A DNA stretch of 64,000 bases, taken from positions 9,616 through 73,615 of IMG/VR virus record IMGVR_UViG_3300038393_001263; one strand, written 5' to 3'. This document shows positions 35,606 to 44,732 of the stretch, piece by piece (position 1 is the stretch's first letter; every line of letters begins with the position of its first letter). The DNA comes from a virus. Its lineage: Duplodnaviria > Caudoviricetes. Made by a program: the position numbers and the translations under genes. The notes beneath the pieces were generated by a model, which worked only from the letters and a program-made list of their open reading frames with translations, was not told the origin of the DNA and did not search any database.

Positions 35606-37003
35606 TTGGGCATTCGCAACAGACAGGGTTGCTGCTGCGGGACGCCTCCCTGCGCCAACGCCTGTTCCGCGTGCGGCGGCGTCACGCTGAAGAACGGCGT
35701 CGTGAAGGACGCGAACGGCGAATGGCCGCTCAAGCAGCCGAGCACGCCCGGCGCGGCCTGGAGGACGGCCGCGATCCCGTTCCAGACCGATTCGTGGACG
35801 AACGGCGACTGCGTGCAGGCGAGCGGCCTGGCGTTCTACTACTACTACTTCGCCTGCGGGGCCGAGAAGACGCCGCAGGACGGGACCGTCACGCTGAGCA
35901 TCGGCTACTCGGCCGTGCCGTGCAGCGGGACCGCATTCTACACCGGGTCGAAGACGCCGGGCCTTGTTTTCGACAAGCAGTTGACGCCCTCGCAGTTCAC
36001 CTGCAACCCGCTCAAGGCGGCGGCCACCTTCGACTCGTACATGGGACTCGCGCCGCCTGCCCCCGAAGCGACCGTGACGCTGGAGATCGACGACGACACC
36101 GGGAAATGCCAGTGCCGCCTGTGCGAGAACGACTCGTACGGCAGCGGCGACATGATCCTGACGTACCATATCAAGGAAGGCGACGCCGATCCGATCGACG
36201 GCACGCTGACGCTCAAGAAGACGATCCTCCCGTTCTCGCCGGTGCTGCCCTACGCCTGGACGGGGAACGTCGATTGGTGGACCGGGCCGTCGTGCTCGAA
36301 TCCGACCGCCGACCCGAGCGGCGTCAACGTCTTCGCCCAATGCAGCAACCTGCAATTCCTGAAGTGGTGCGGCGGCGTCGATGATGGCTACCGCACGGCC
36401 CCCGGCATCCAGAAGCCGGACGACGTCAACTTTACGCTCTACGGACCCGACGGCGACAAGCAGGGTTGGGCCAGACTGAAGGACGCGCCGCTCGACGCCC
36501 CCTGGGGCGCATGCTGCGACCCCTGCAACCTGCCGAGGGCGGATCTGACCGCCACGGCGACGTCGCATTCGGTGCAGACGGCCCCGCCCGGCCCGACGAC
36601 GGACGAGACGATCTACAGTTTCGATCTCATCTACTCCGAGACGCCGTACGAAGTCCCCGTAGACATGTTCGACCCCACGACGATGGTCCCCGTCGGCCAC
36701 TGGCGATCCGAGGCGACCGCAGTCGACCCCGGTCACGGCATCCCCAATCCCGCCGTCGCCTATGTCGTCTGCTCCAACGACGGCGTCGAGCTTCTCCTGA
36801 CGGGAGTGTCGGAAGCATTTCCCTACGGGACGTCCGACAGCCTGTCGCCGTGGACTCCCCCCGAAGCCCTTGTCGCGACGACGGATTCGACCTGCGATCC
36901 CCTGCATATCCACGAACGGTACTACGGGTGCGCCGCGCTTCCGTCGCCGCCTCGCGTGATCTGCGTCACCGTCGACACCTACCTTGACGAGTCCGAATCG
37001 TGA
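35606..37003 (+). CDS. Cys-rich tail tip protein
   Basis: N-terminal RQGCCCG..CANACSAC; about 23 Cys counted by eye. Confidence 0.6.
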   Translation: MGIRNRQGCCCGTPPCANACSACGGVTLKNGVVKDANGEWPLKQPSTPGAAWRTAAIPFQTDSWTNGDCVQASGLAFYYYYFACGAEKTPQDGTVTLSIGYSAVPCSGTAFYTGSKTPGLVFDKQLTPSQFTCNPLKAAATFDSYMGLAPPAPEATVTLEIDDDTGKCQCRLCENDSYGSGDMILTYHIKEGDADPIDGTLTLKKTILPFSPVLPYAWTGNVDWWTGPSCSNPTADPSGVNVFAQCSNLQFLKWCGGVDDGYRTAPGIQKPDDVNFTLYGPDGDKQGWARLKDAPLDAPWGACCDPCNLPRADLTATATSHSVQTAPPGPTTDETIYSFDLIYSETPYEVPVDMFDPTTMVPVGHWRSEATAVDPGHGIPNPAVAYVVCSNDGVELLLTGVSEAFPYGTSDSLSPWTPPEALVATTDSTCDPLHIHERYYGCAALPSPPRVICVTVDTYLDESES

Positions 37004-37359
37004 AATGCCCCCACTGCCCCGTCCCCGACGGCGAAGGGTGTCGGTCCTACGCGAAGTTGTGCGAGAACCTGGCGAAGAACCCGTCGCGATGGCGTCCCGT
37101 CCTCGATCGCGTCAACGCCCCGCTCGAACCGTCGCCGCATTCGACGCCGATCGGCTACGCGCTGGAATCCGCCGTCGGCTTCGTCAAGTCGCGCGGTGCG
37201 GCTTCCGGCGATGACGAGGCCGAGAGGCGACACGCGATCTGCCGGTCGTGCCCGCACGATCTCTATGTCCCGGCGACCGACAAGTGCAAGAAATGCTCCT
37301 GCACAATGCGCAGGAAAGTTCGCGGCCTGGGTTTCAAGTGCCCGATGGGGGAGTGGTGA
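37000..37359 (+). CDS. small Cys-rich protein
   Basis: 10 Cys; C-terminal CKKCSC...KCPMGEW. Confidence 0.6.
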   Translation: MKCPHCPVPDGEGCRSYAKLCENLAKNPSRWRPVLDRVNAPLEPSPHSTPIGYALESAVGFVKSRGAASGDDEAERRHAICRSCPHDLYVPATDKCKKCSCTMRRKVRGLGFKCPMGEW

Positions 37360-37362
37360 TCC

Positions 37363-37893
37363 ATGCCGTTTTTCAAGACCGGCCCCGCCGTCGATCGCGT
37401 GTCCGGCAAGAGCGGCTACATCCAGGTCATGGAGAACGACCAGGCGATCCCTGTTCGGCTTCCGTTCTTCTTCTGGACCGCGCGGACGACCATTCAGTTC
37501 GCCGACCGGACGAGCAGTGTCCACTACAGCCAGGACGCCAAGTTGGTATTCGCGTCCAGTATTCCGACCGCAATGTCGATGTCCGGCGTCGTCCGGGGCC
37601 GATACCGCCGCAGCGCGACGCCGAAGCACGTCATTCAGCAATTGTTCAAGGGACGAACGCCGTTCCGCATGGAACTCGGCTTCAGCCCGAACGACAAATA
37701 CGTGGACCTCTACGCCTGGATCACGGAGTTCGAGATTCAGGTCGGCCTGGACGACGTCGTCGAGTTCTCGTGTTCGTTTCGGAGCGAGGGCGAGATCACC
37801 GACCTGACGAACCAAGACGAGTCGGAAGCGCCGGAAAACCCGGACGATCCTGGCGATCCGGAGGCTGATCCCGAGGACGATCTTGGGTCTTAG
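37363..37893 (+). CDS. second tail-tube-like protein (paralog of 31191-31613) with acidic tail
   Basis: VSGKSGYI, IPT...G.YRRS, LDDVVEFSCSFRSEG align with the tail tube gene. Confidence 0.75.
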   Translation: MPFFKTGPAVDRVSGKSGYIQVMENDQAIPVRLPFFFWTARTTIQFADRTSSVHYSQDAKLVFASSIPTAMSMSGVVRGRYRRSATPKHVIQQLFKGRTPFRMELGFSPNDKYVDLYAWITEFEIQVGLDDVVEFSCSFRSEGEITDLTNQDESEAPENPDDPGDPEADPEDDLGS

Positions 37894-38437
37894 ATTCTTT
37901 AAGAAGTTGTTCTTTCAACGTCGGCTCCCTCGGCGGCGCCGGCTTGACCTGGGCCTGCGAGTCCTCGGGGGTCTTGCGATAGCGGAACCGGCGCGAGAGT
38001 TTATTGTCGAGGACCAAGTATTTCGGCGTGAACCTGGTCTGGTTTCGCGCCCAATCAGGAACGTCGCCGATAAACCAGCGGTTCATTCCGTCCTTGACGT
38101 GATCGTGTTTCAGGGCGATCTCGGGGTGGTCCGTGATATACTTGAGAATGGACGTCTTCACCTTATAGGTTTCGCCAACGCGAGCCAGAGCCATTGAGGC
38201 CAAGTACTTCTCGCACTCCTCTTCTTCGCGGGCGAGGAACTTTCGCCGCTCTATGCTCAACTTGATGATCGTCTTCGACGGGAACCTGACTTTCGTCTCC
38301 GCTTTCGCCCACGCCTTGGCCGAAAGCGCCGCCTCGTAAATCTGCCTGATCTTCACGCCGTCCATCTTCGCGACGGCCTTGGCCTCGCTCGTCGTCTGCC
38401 CAGCCAACCCGACCACGAGCGCCAGCGTCCACATCAT
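37796..38437 (-). CDS. putative exported protein (moron)
   Basis: N-terminal MMWTLALVVGLAG signal-like segment; opposite strand at the end of the tail module. Confidence 0.5.
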   Translation of the reverse strand: MMWTLALVVGLAGQTTSEAKAVAKMDGVKIRQIYEAALSAKAWAKAETKVRFPSKTIIKLSIERRKFLAREEEECEKYLASMALARVGETYKVKTSILKYITDHPEIALKHDHVKDGMNRWFIGDVPDWARNQTRFTPKYLVLDNKLSRRFRYRKTPEDSQAQVKPAPPREPTLKEQLLKESKTQDRPRDQPPDRQDRPGFPALPTRLGSSGR

Positions 38438-38467
38438 CGCTCGATTCCTCCCTCTTGGTGGAATGCC

Positions 38468-38749
38468 ATGACCGAACGAGGCCGGATGATCCGCCGTCTC
38501 CAGCGGGCGATCGCCGCGTCCAGCAACCCCAACATCTCGAAGCGGGCTCGGCACACCGCCGCCCGCCGCGCCGCCGCATTGGCGGAAGGTTTAGGCTTGA
38601 TAGACCGCCCTGCGGTTTGTCAAGCCTGTTTTCATTCTAGGACGCTTTTCCGCCATCATCCAGACCATTCCCATCCGATCGCCGTCGTGTTCCTTTGCGA
38701 AGACTGCCACCGCCGGGCCGACATCCTCCAGAAGCGAAAGGGCGCATAG
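38468..38749 (+). CDS. small HNH-like protein
   Basis: CQAC...RHHPDHSHPIAVVFLCEDCH. Confidence 0.6.
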   Translation: MTERGRMIRRLQRAIAASSNPNISKRARHTAARRAAALAEGLGLIDRPAVCQACFHSRTLFRHHPDHSHPIAVVFLCEDCHRRADILQKRKGA

Positions 38750-39040
38750 ATGAAAGACGCGAGCGAGACCCCGCGCAGCGACCTCCCCGAAGGCGTCGAG
38801 CCCGTGGGCGACGAGTGCTTCGACGCGAACGAGGCCCACATCGAGAACCAGATCAGCGACCGGCTCTGGATTCGCTCGATCGCCATGCTGATCGAGACCG
38901 TCGCCGGCTCCAAGTGCGACGTGTCGCCTCGCATCAAGTGCTCGATCGAGGACATGGTCATCGCGGGGTGCGAGCGCGCCGCACGCATCTTCCGCGCCGA
39001 TCTCCCGGAATTCGACATTGACGACCCCGATGGGTATTGA
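38750..39040 (+). CDS. hypothetical protein
   Basis: 96-aa acidic ORF. Confidence 0.55.
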   Translation: MKDASETPRSDLPEGVEPVGDECFDANEAHIENQISDRLWIRSIAMLIETVAGSKCDVSPRIKCSIEDMVIAGCERAARIFRADLPEFDIDDPDGY

Positions 39041-39114
39041 CGTACAGTGTCGTGCTCACGCACAATATCAATGACGTTTAGTATTGATTTTGTTTTCCAT
39101 CGGAGGCTGGCGAC

Positions 39115-40419
39115 GTGGCTCGGCTCACACCCGAACAGAAGGCGGTCCTGCGGAAGTGCCGCAGCGAGAAGATGGCGTGCCGACCGGCCGGCGAACTGGC
39201 CGGCTGCGCGGCGAGCACGGCGCTGGCCTATTTCCACTGGCTGGAACGGAACGAACTGATCGACGAGGCCCCGGCGGCCCCCGCCCGCACGAAGTTCAAG
39301 GTCGTCGAATCGAGCGACGGGCAGACCATCGAGGGGATCAGCCCGACGCGGATCAGGACGCTGGAAGACGCGATCGCCTTCGCCGAGGTCGACACCAAGG
39401 TCTGGCGCGTCAAGACCTGGGAATGCACGTCCTGGGAAGTCGTCATGAAGATGAAGGGCGGCAAGGATCAGCCCGACCAGGCCGAGCGGCACGGGCTCTG
39501 GCGCGTGTCGCTGAAACTCGAACGCCTCGCGCCCAAATTCATCCTCGACGGCCTGGACGCCATCTTCGACAGGATGAAGGACGCGGCGAAAGGTTATCAC
39601 TTCGACCTGCCGCACGTCGCCCCGCGCGAGACGGGCGGGACGATGATGGAGATCAACATCCCCGACCTGCACCTCGGCAAGCTCTGCTGGGCTCCCGAGA
39701 CAGGCGGCGACTACGACCTCAAGATCGCCGAGGAGGTCTACGATCAGACGGTCGTCGACCTGCTCAAGCACGCGAAGACCTACGACCCCGAACAGATCGT
39801 CTTCCTGCTGGGCTCCGACTTCTTCCACTACGACACGCCGGCCGGCACGACGACCGCCGGGACGCCGCTCGACCGCGACGGGCGGCTCGCCAAGATGTTC
39901 GAGATCGGCTTCCAGATGCAGAATCGGTCGATCCGCCGCGCCCTCGCCGCAGCCCGTCGCGTGAAGGCCGTCCTGATGCCGGGCAACCACGACGCCGTCT
40001 CGTCGTTCTGCCTGGCCCGCGCCGTCGCGGCGCAGTTCCACATGGACGATCGCGTTTCCGTCGACTACGGGCCTTGCGTCCGCAAGTACGTCCAGTACGG
40101 CGTCAATCTGATCGGCCTCGCCCACGGCAATGGCGTCAAGAGGGCCGATCTGCCCCTGATCATGGCCACCGAACGGCCGAAGGAGTGGGCCGCGACGACG
40201 TGCCGGGAATGGCATCTCGGCCACCTCCATACGTCCAAGGCGTTCGAGACCAAGACGGTCGACGAGCACAAGGGGGTGATCGTGAGGATCATCTCGTCGC
40301 TTTCCGGCACCGACGCCTGGCATTATGAGAACGGATACGTCGGGAACCGTCGGGCGGGCGAAGCCTTCGTGTACGAGAAGGATCGCGGGTTCGTCGCCAA
40401 CCTCGTCGCGGCGGCGTAA
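39115..40419 (+). CDS. calcineurin-like metallophosphoesterase with N-terminal extension
   Basis: PDLHLG, GSDFFHYD, PGNHD, LAHG, HLGHLH. Confidence 0.85.
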   Translation: MARLTPEQKAVLRKCRSEKMACRPAGELAGCAASTALAYFHWLERNELIDEAPAAPARTKFKVVESSDGQTIEGISPTRIRTLEDAIAFAEVDTKVWRVKTWECTSWEVVMKMKGGKDQPDQAERHGLWRVSLKLERLAPKFILDGLDAIFDRMKDAAKGYHFDLPHVAPRETGGTMMEINIPDLHLGKLCWAPETGGDYDLKIAEEVYDQTVVDLLKHAKTYDPEQIVFLLGSDFFHYDTPAGTTTAGTPLDRDGRLAKMFEIGFQMQNRSIRRALAAARRVKAVLMPGNHDAVSSFCLARAVAAQFHMDDRVSVDYGPCVRKYVQYGVNLIGLAHGNGVKRADLPLIMATERPKEWAATTCREWHLGHLHTSKAFETKTVDEHKGVIVRIISSLSGTDAWHYENGYVGNRRAGEAFVYEKDRGFVANLVAAA

Positions 40420-40727
40420 GAACCCTCCGAAAACGCCTGGAACATCCGCGCCCCGGCCATAACGTTCCCCTCCCGCCCTCGCCGACAAGCCCAAATCGGC
40501 ATTTTTCTTGAAAATTTCACGCGAGATCCACGACGCGCGTCGGACGCCCTAAAGGGTTAGTGATCAATGATCTGCAACGCGGGTCGCGATCATTGACGGG
40601 GGCCGAAATAGGCGATATCCCCCTTGCAAAGCATCACGACCGCTTGCATCGTGAGTCGGTTTATATTAGTCTCTCCGAGTCTGATCAATCATTTCCCCTG
40701 CACGACGCAACAACGGAGGATACGTGG

Positions 40728-41033
40728 ATGGGGGCGATCGGTGTGAAGGCTCGGGGCGAAGAGGCTCAGGGGTTGGAATACTGGCGTCGCGAGGCGGCAA
40801 CGTGGGAAGAAAGGGCGACGATGCTCGAAGAAGAGATCGCCGCCCTCAAGCAGCCGCTTCGGCTGGTCTTCCGCAGTCTCGTGGACGGCGAGATCGTGAG
40901 CCGGGACGTGGTGAAGGCTGGAGAGGAGTTCTGGCCGGGCATGCAGGAGAAATACCCCTACCTGAAGGATTGGTCCTACGAGGTCGACTCAGGAATGGTC
41001 TACGCCGTTAACCCAATCCTTGAAGCTGACTGA
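40728..41033 (+). CDS. hypothetical protein
   Basis: GGAGG SD 8 nt before ATG 40728. Confidence 0.55.
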   Translation: MGAIGVKARGEEAQGLEYWRREAATWEERATMLEEEIAALKQPLRLVFRSLVDGEIVSRDVVKAGEEFWPGMQEKYPYLKDWSYEVDSGMVYAVNPILEAD

Positions 41034-41444
41034 ACTGCTCATGTCGTAGGGCAGTTTCAGGGTCCGCAGTTTCTTCTCCTTCTTCGGCGGCGGCAGCGCC
41101 CTCTTCGGGTCTTCCGCCGCTTCCGCTTTCCCGGCGAGCGTGAGCGCCTTGACGGGCCGCGCCGGCTTGACGTCCTCGCGGGCTATATCCCGGTTCAGCC
41201 GCCTCGCCCCGCTGTCCACGAGCGACGCGAGCACGCCGATCCGCTTCATCTCGCTCCAGTCGACGACCCCCTCGGCCTCGGCCTCGTACAATCCGACGAC
41301 CAGGCTGTTGACCAATGCCTGGATCGTAAACTTGCTGCCGTGCCAGTCCCTTCGCCGGTTGGTCGAGTCGACGAGTTCGTCCAGCATCTTCTTGACATGG
41401 GCGAACATTTTCACCTGGAGCGGCTTCTCGCTTTTCCAATGCAT
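40989..41444 (-). CDS. ribbon-helix-helix-like regulator, divergent from promoter 41499
   Basis: KPLQVKM strand plus two helices; paralog of 55580-55819. Confidence 0.55.
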   Translation of the reverse strand: MHWKSEKPLQVKMFAHVKKMLDELVDSTNRRRDWHGSKFTIQALVNSLVVGLYEAEAEGVVDWSEMKRIGVLASLVDSGARRLNRDIAREDVKPARPVKALTLAGKAEAAEDPKRALPPPKKEKKLRTLKLPYDMSSSVSFKDWVNGVDHS

Positions 41445-41498
41445 TCAGATTTCCCCCTCGGTTGAATCATTTTCTCTTCAATGATGATGCCAAAAGCA

Positions 41499-41527
41499 TT
41501 GACAGGCATCATTGAAATTTGTAATAT
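41499..41527 (+). promoter_or_regulatory. sigma70-like early promoter flanked by inverted TCAATGAT boxes
   Basis: TTGACA-17 nt-TAATAT; boxes at 41478-41485 and 41508-41515. Confidence 0.75.
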
Positions 41528-41766
41528 CGACTTCGGGTGGCGACGACTGCCGCCGGACTGCCCGATTCGACCCGCACCGACGATTTACGCTCGCCGGGGC
41601 GCCGTGGGTCCGCACAGGCCCCACGTACCATACTCCTCCCACATAGGCAACCTTACTATCTGGGTAGGTCGAATTTCAAGAGCGAGCCGGCGAAAATCGT
41701 GGCGAATCCCATTGTTTTTGTGAAACAGTCTAAGAAGAACAGCATTCGTCGGGAGTTAAACTCAAA

Positions 41767-42132
41767 ATGAGGATTGGGAGACACGCCGTCGATTTCGGGG
41801 CGCTCCAGGCCATCGACGACGGCAAGTTGAATCTCGTGCTCCAGAAGCATTTGCAGAGGGCGTGCCAAGACTGCCAGGATCGCCCCAACGACAACAAGCC
41901 CCGGAAGGTGACGGTCGAGATCGGCTTCACCCCGATCATTGAGCAGGACGGCGACGCCTGCGACGCATGGATGCAGGTCAAGCTCAAGAGCAGCATCCCC
42001 GACCACCAATCCAAGCCGTATTCGGTCGGACTCCAGAAGAACGGCCAGTTCGTCTATTCGCCGAATTCCCTGAACAACGTCAATCAGGAAACCTTCGGCT
42101 ACGACGACGACTATGACGGAGACGATCAATGA
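41767..42132 (+). CDS. hypothetical early protein
   Basis: 121-aa ORF, ATGA-coupled to next gene. Confidence 0.6.
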   Translation: MRIGRHAVDFGALQAIDDGKLNLVLQKHLQRACQDCQDRPNDNKPRKVTVEIGFTPIIEQDGDACDAWMQVKLKSSIPDHQSKPYSVGLQKNGQFVYSPNSLNNVNQETFGYDDDYDGDDQ

Positions 42133-42890
42133 TTCGTGACGCGCTGGAATTGGTGGGCGGACTGAAGGCGGAATCGCTGTGCCCGAAGACCGTCCACGAG
42201 ACGCGGACGCAGAGGTACGTCAAGCTCGGCGACGACATCGTCCCGTACGCCAAGGATCTCCCCGCGCGGGACCATGACGTCGACATTCTGAACGACCTGA
42301 TCGCTTTGGCGAACCGCTTCCACGAGGACGACCATCAGCCCGTCGTCTGGTTCAACGAAGACACGGTCGTGCTCGTCGTCAATGACGAGGGGGATCGCGC
42401 GGACGTCGCCACGATGAAACTGGAACGGAGCGATCTGTTCAAGGCGATCTCGAACCTGAACCCGGCGACGTGGTATCAGCCCAAGGATTTCGTCCGTCTG
42501 CTGCGGATCACGCTGTACGGGGCTCTGGAGCCGTCCGTGCTGCTCGATCCGGTGCGGAAGGTGAAGTTCGAGACGACGTCATCGGCTAGCTCCGAGAACG
42601 CTCGCACTCGCGAGAGCGTCGACAAGAGCATCCTCAACAGTATCTCGTCGGCGTCCGCGCTGCCCGAGTACGTGACGTTGACGCTCCCGGTCTACGTCAA
42701 CCCCGGCGCGAACATCAAGGTTTCGGTCGTGGCTGCGGTCGAGATCGATTACACGCGCCAGGCGTTCCAGCTCGTCATCCTCCCCGACGAACTGGAGAAC
42801 GCGAAGGATACGGTCATGCGGCATCTGGCCGACGTGCTGGGAGCCCAACTCGACGACGGCGTCCTGGCCTACCAGGGCTCGCCGTCCTGA
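42129..42890 (+). CDS. hypothetical protein (DUF2303-like suspected)
   Basis: WYQPKDFVRLLRITL, LPEYVTLTLPVY resemble phage DUF2303 proteins. Confidence 0.5.
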   Translation: MIRDALELVGGLKAESLCPKTVHETRTQRYVKLGDDIVPYAKDLPARDHDVDILNDLIALANRFHEDDHQPVVWFNEDTVVLVVNDEGDRADVATMKLERSDLFKAISNLNPATWYQPKDFVRLLRITLYGALEPSVLLDPVRKVKFETTSSASSENARTRESVDKSILNSISSASALPEYVTLTLPVYVNPGANIKVSVVAAVEIDYTRQAFQLVILPDELENAKDTVMRHLADVLGAQLDDGVLAYQGSPS

Positions 42891-42978
42891 TCATCCGAAC
42901 CGCTCGCCCTGCGATGGAGCGCGGGGCGGGATCATTGACGAGGAAGCCAGGGTATCAATGATGGGAAGGTGAGGTCTC

Positions 42979-43621
42979 ATGAATTTCCTTGCCGGCGCGA
43001 TGATGGGCAGTTCGACGGCGTTCCTGGTCGTCTTGTTGATGATCTCGGGATCGTTCAACGGGGTCGCGAAGAGGCTGGAATGGCTCGAAGCGACGGTTCG
43101 GGAGTTTCAGAAACGCGATCCCCGCGACGAGGCCGATTGGTGGAAGTCGGGCGCGGGCGAAGAAGAGGATGGTCCTGATGATTATTGAAACGGCGGAAGA
43201 ACGCAAGGCGCGGCGGTCGCGCAAGTGGATTCGCGAGTATCGCCGGGCGTGGGCGAACATCGCGGCCATGCCGACGCTGGACGAGGAAGGTCGTTCCTCG
43301 CTAGATACGGCCAAGGAACGGAATGGGCGGGTCATCGAGAAGAAGCCGGTGAAGCGTAAGCAGGCGTCGTAAAGTCAGGGGACCGCCGTCATGCAGTGTT
43401 CGGAGAAGATCCGCTATTTGTTCCACAAAGACGCCGTGAAGGCTGCGGACAGGACTAGGATGGCGAGCCAGTACAGCAAGGAAGCCGCGAGGGCTGCGGA
43501 GAGTCTGGAAGCGTACAAATGCTCGCGATGCACGTTCTGGCACGTCGGGCATCGCCCTTTGGATATGCGTGAAAGCTGCTATCAAATCCTCAAGAAAAAC
43601 CCATTGGTCGGCGTCGCCTAG
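42979..43621 (+). other. three small early ORFs (42979-43188 TM, 43169-43372, 43391-43621)
   Basis: co-directional short ORFs; the last has CSRC..WH zinc-like motif. Confidence 0.5.
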
Positions 43622-44028
43622 AAACCCCGAAAATCATCGTCCACCGGCTTCCTCAGCAAGCCGCTCAGGTAGCTGCCCAGAGACACGTTCTTTTGGGCAG
43701 CGTTTTTTTGCGCCTGCTGCACGATGAAGCGGTCGATCGGCACGTTGATATCGTTTCTCGGCGTATCCGCCGCCGCCAGGTCCAGCGTCGCGTGCTTGGC
43801 GATGAACTTCCGCAACACCGGCTCGTCGCGAAACCACTCGTTGACGTGGTGGATCGCCTTGAACAGTCGGTGCAGGGCGCGTTCCTCGAAGTTGTCCTCC
43901 GAGACGACGCCGAGGATTTCCAGCGGCTCCTTATGCTCGTAGCAGAGCCGGTCGTACCGCGATCGGAAGTAGTTCGTCCGGCCGATCTTGACGAGGTTCT
44001 TCGACGGCGAGCGCAGAAAGTAGATCAC
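43618..44028 (-). CDS. T5orf172/GIY-YIG-like domain protein with C-terminal RHH-like segment
   Basis: MIYFL...VKIGRT...EERALHRLF...EWF; INVPIDRFIVQQAQKNAAQKNVSLGSYLSGLL. Confidence 0.7.
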   Translation of the reverse strand: MIYFLRSPSKNLVKIGRTNYFRSRYDRLCYEHKEPLEILGVVSEDNFEERALHRLFKAIHHVNEWFRDEPVLRKFIAKHATLDLAAADTPRNDINVPIDRFIVQQAQKNAAQKNVSLGSYLSGLLRKPVDDDFRGF

Positions 44029-44123
44029 GCCTCCCTCCTTTCAAGGAAATCCTAGCCTACGTCGCGATTCGAAATCAAGGTCCGTCCCGAAGCCGCCTCG
44101 CCCAGAATCATTGATAATTGGCA

Positions 44124-44152
44124 TTGACTCTCGCATTTCAAACGGGTAGCAT
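44124..44152 (+). promoter_or_regulatory. sigma70-like promoter for the recombination/replication operon
   Basis: TTGACT-17 nt-TAGCAT; ATCATTGA box at 44107-44114. Confidence 0.7.
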
Positions 44153-44198
44153 TGGACCCGTGGGAACAATGATGACCGCAAGGGGACGGAGACGAGAC

Positions 44199-44680
44199 AT
44201 GAGCCACGAGACGGCGAACCTGATGCTCGACGACGACGGCGACGTGTACGTTTTCGTCCCCTGCGGCGAGGAAGAACGGGACATTGAACGCCTGGGTCAT
44301 ATCGAGAGCGGCCCGCACATTATCCCCGACCACCTGCTCGACGAGTACGAAGAACTGGTCGACGTGTGGCGCGAATGGGAGCGGGAAGCCAACGGATATT
44401 ACGCCGGGGTCGACCTTGCATGGAGAACCGCGAAGGGATGCTGAAAGTCGGAGGCAGTGCGATGAATTTCGAGGCTTATCGCCGCGCCAGGAGGATCGAG
44501 GCGTTGTTGGACCGGCTCGACCGGCGCGGAAGTCGGTTGATGAACATGGCCATAGAGACCCGTGGAGGACCGGGATACGAGGAGTGCCTGAACGCCATCA
44601 AGATCATCCGTGATCGCTGCATCAAGATCGCCGTTTGTGTGAACCGTTTGTCTCGACCTGTTGCAAAGCGATCCGCGTGA
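44199..44680 (+). other. two small early ORFs (44199-44444, 44462-44680)
   Basis: short ORFs with SD-like sites after promoter 44124. Confidence 0.5.
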
Positions 44681-44732
44681 CATCGATTTGAAAGACGCTG
44701 AAACCACTAACAAACCCAAGAGGAGAACCACG

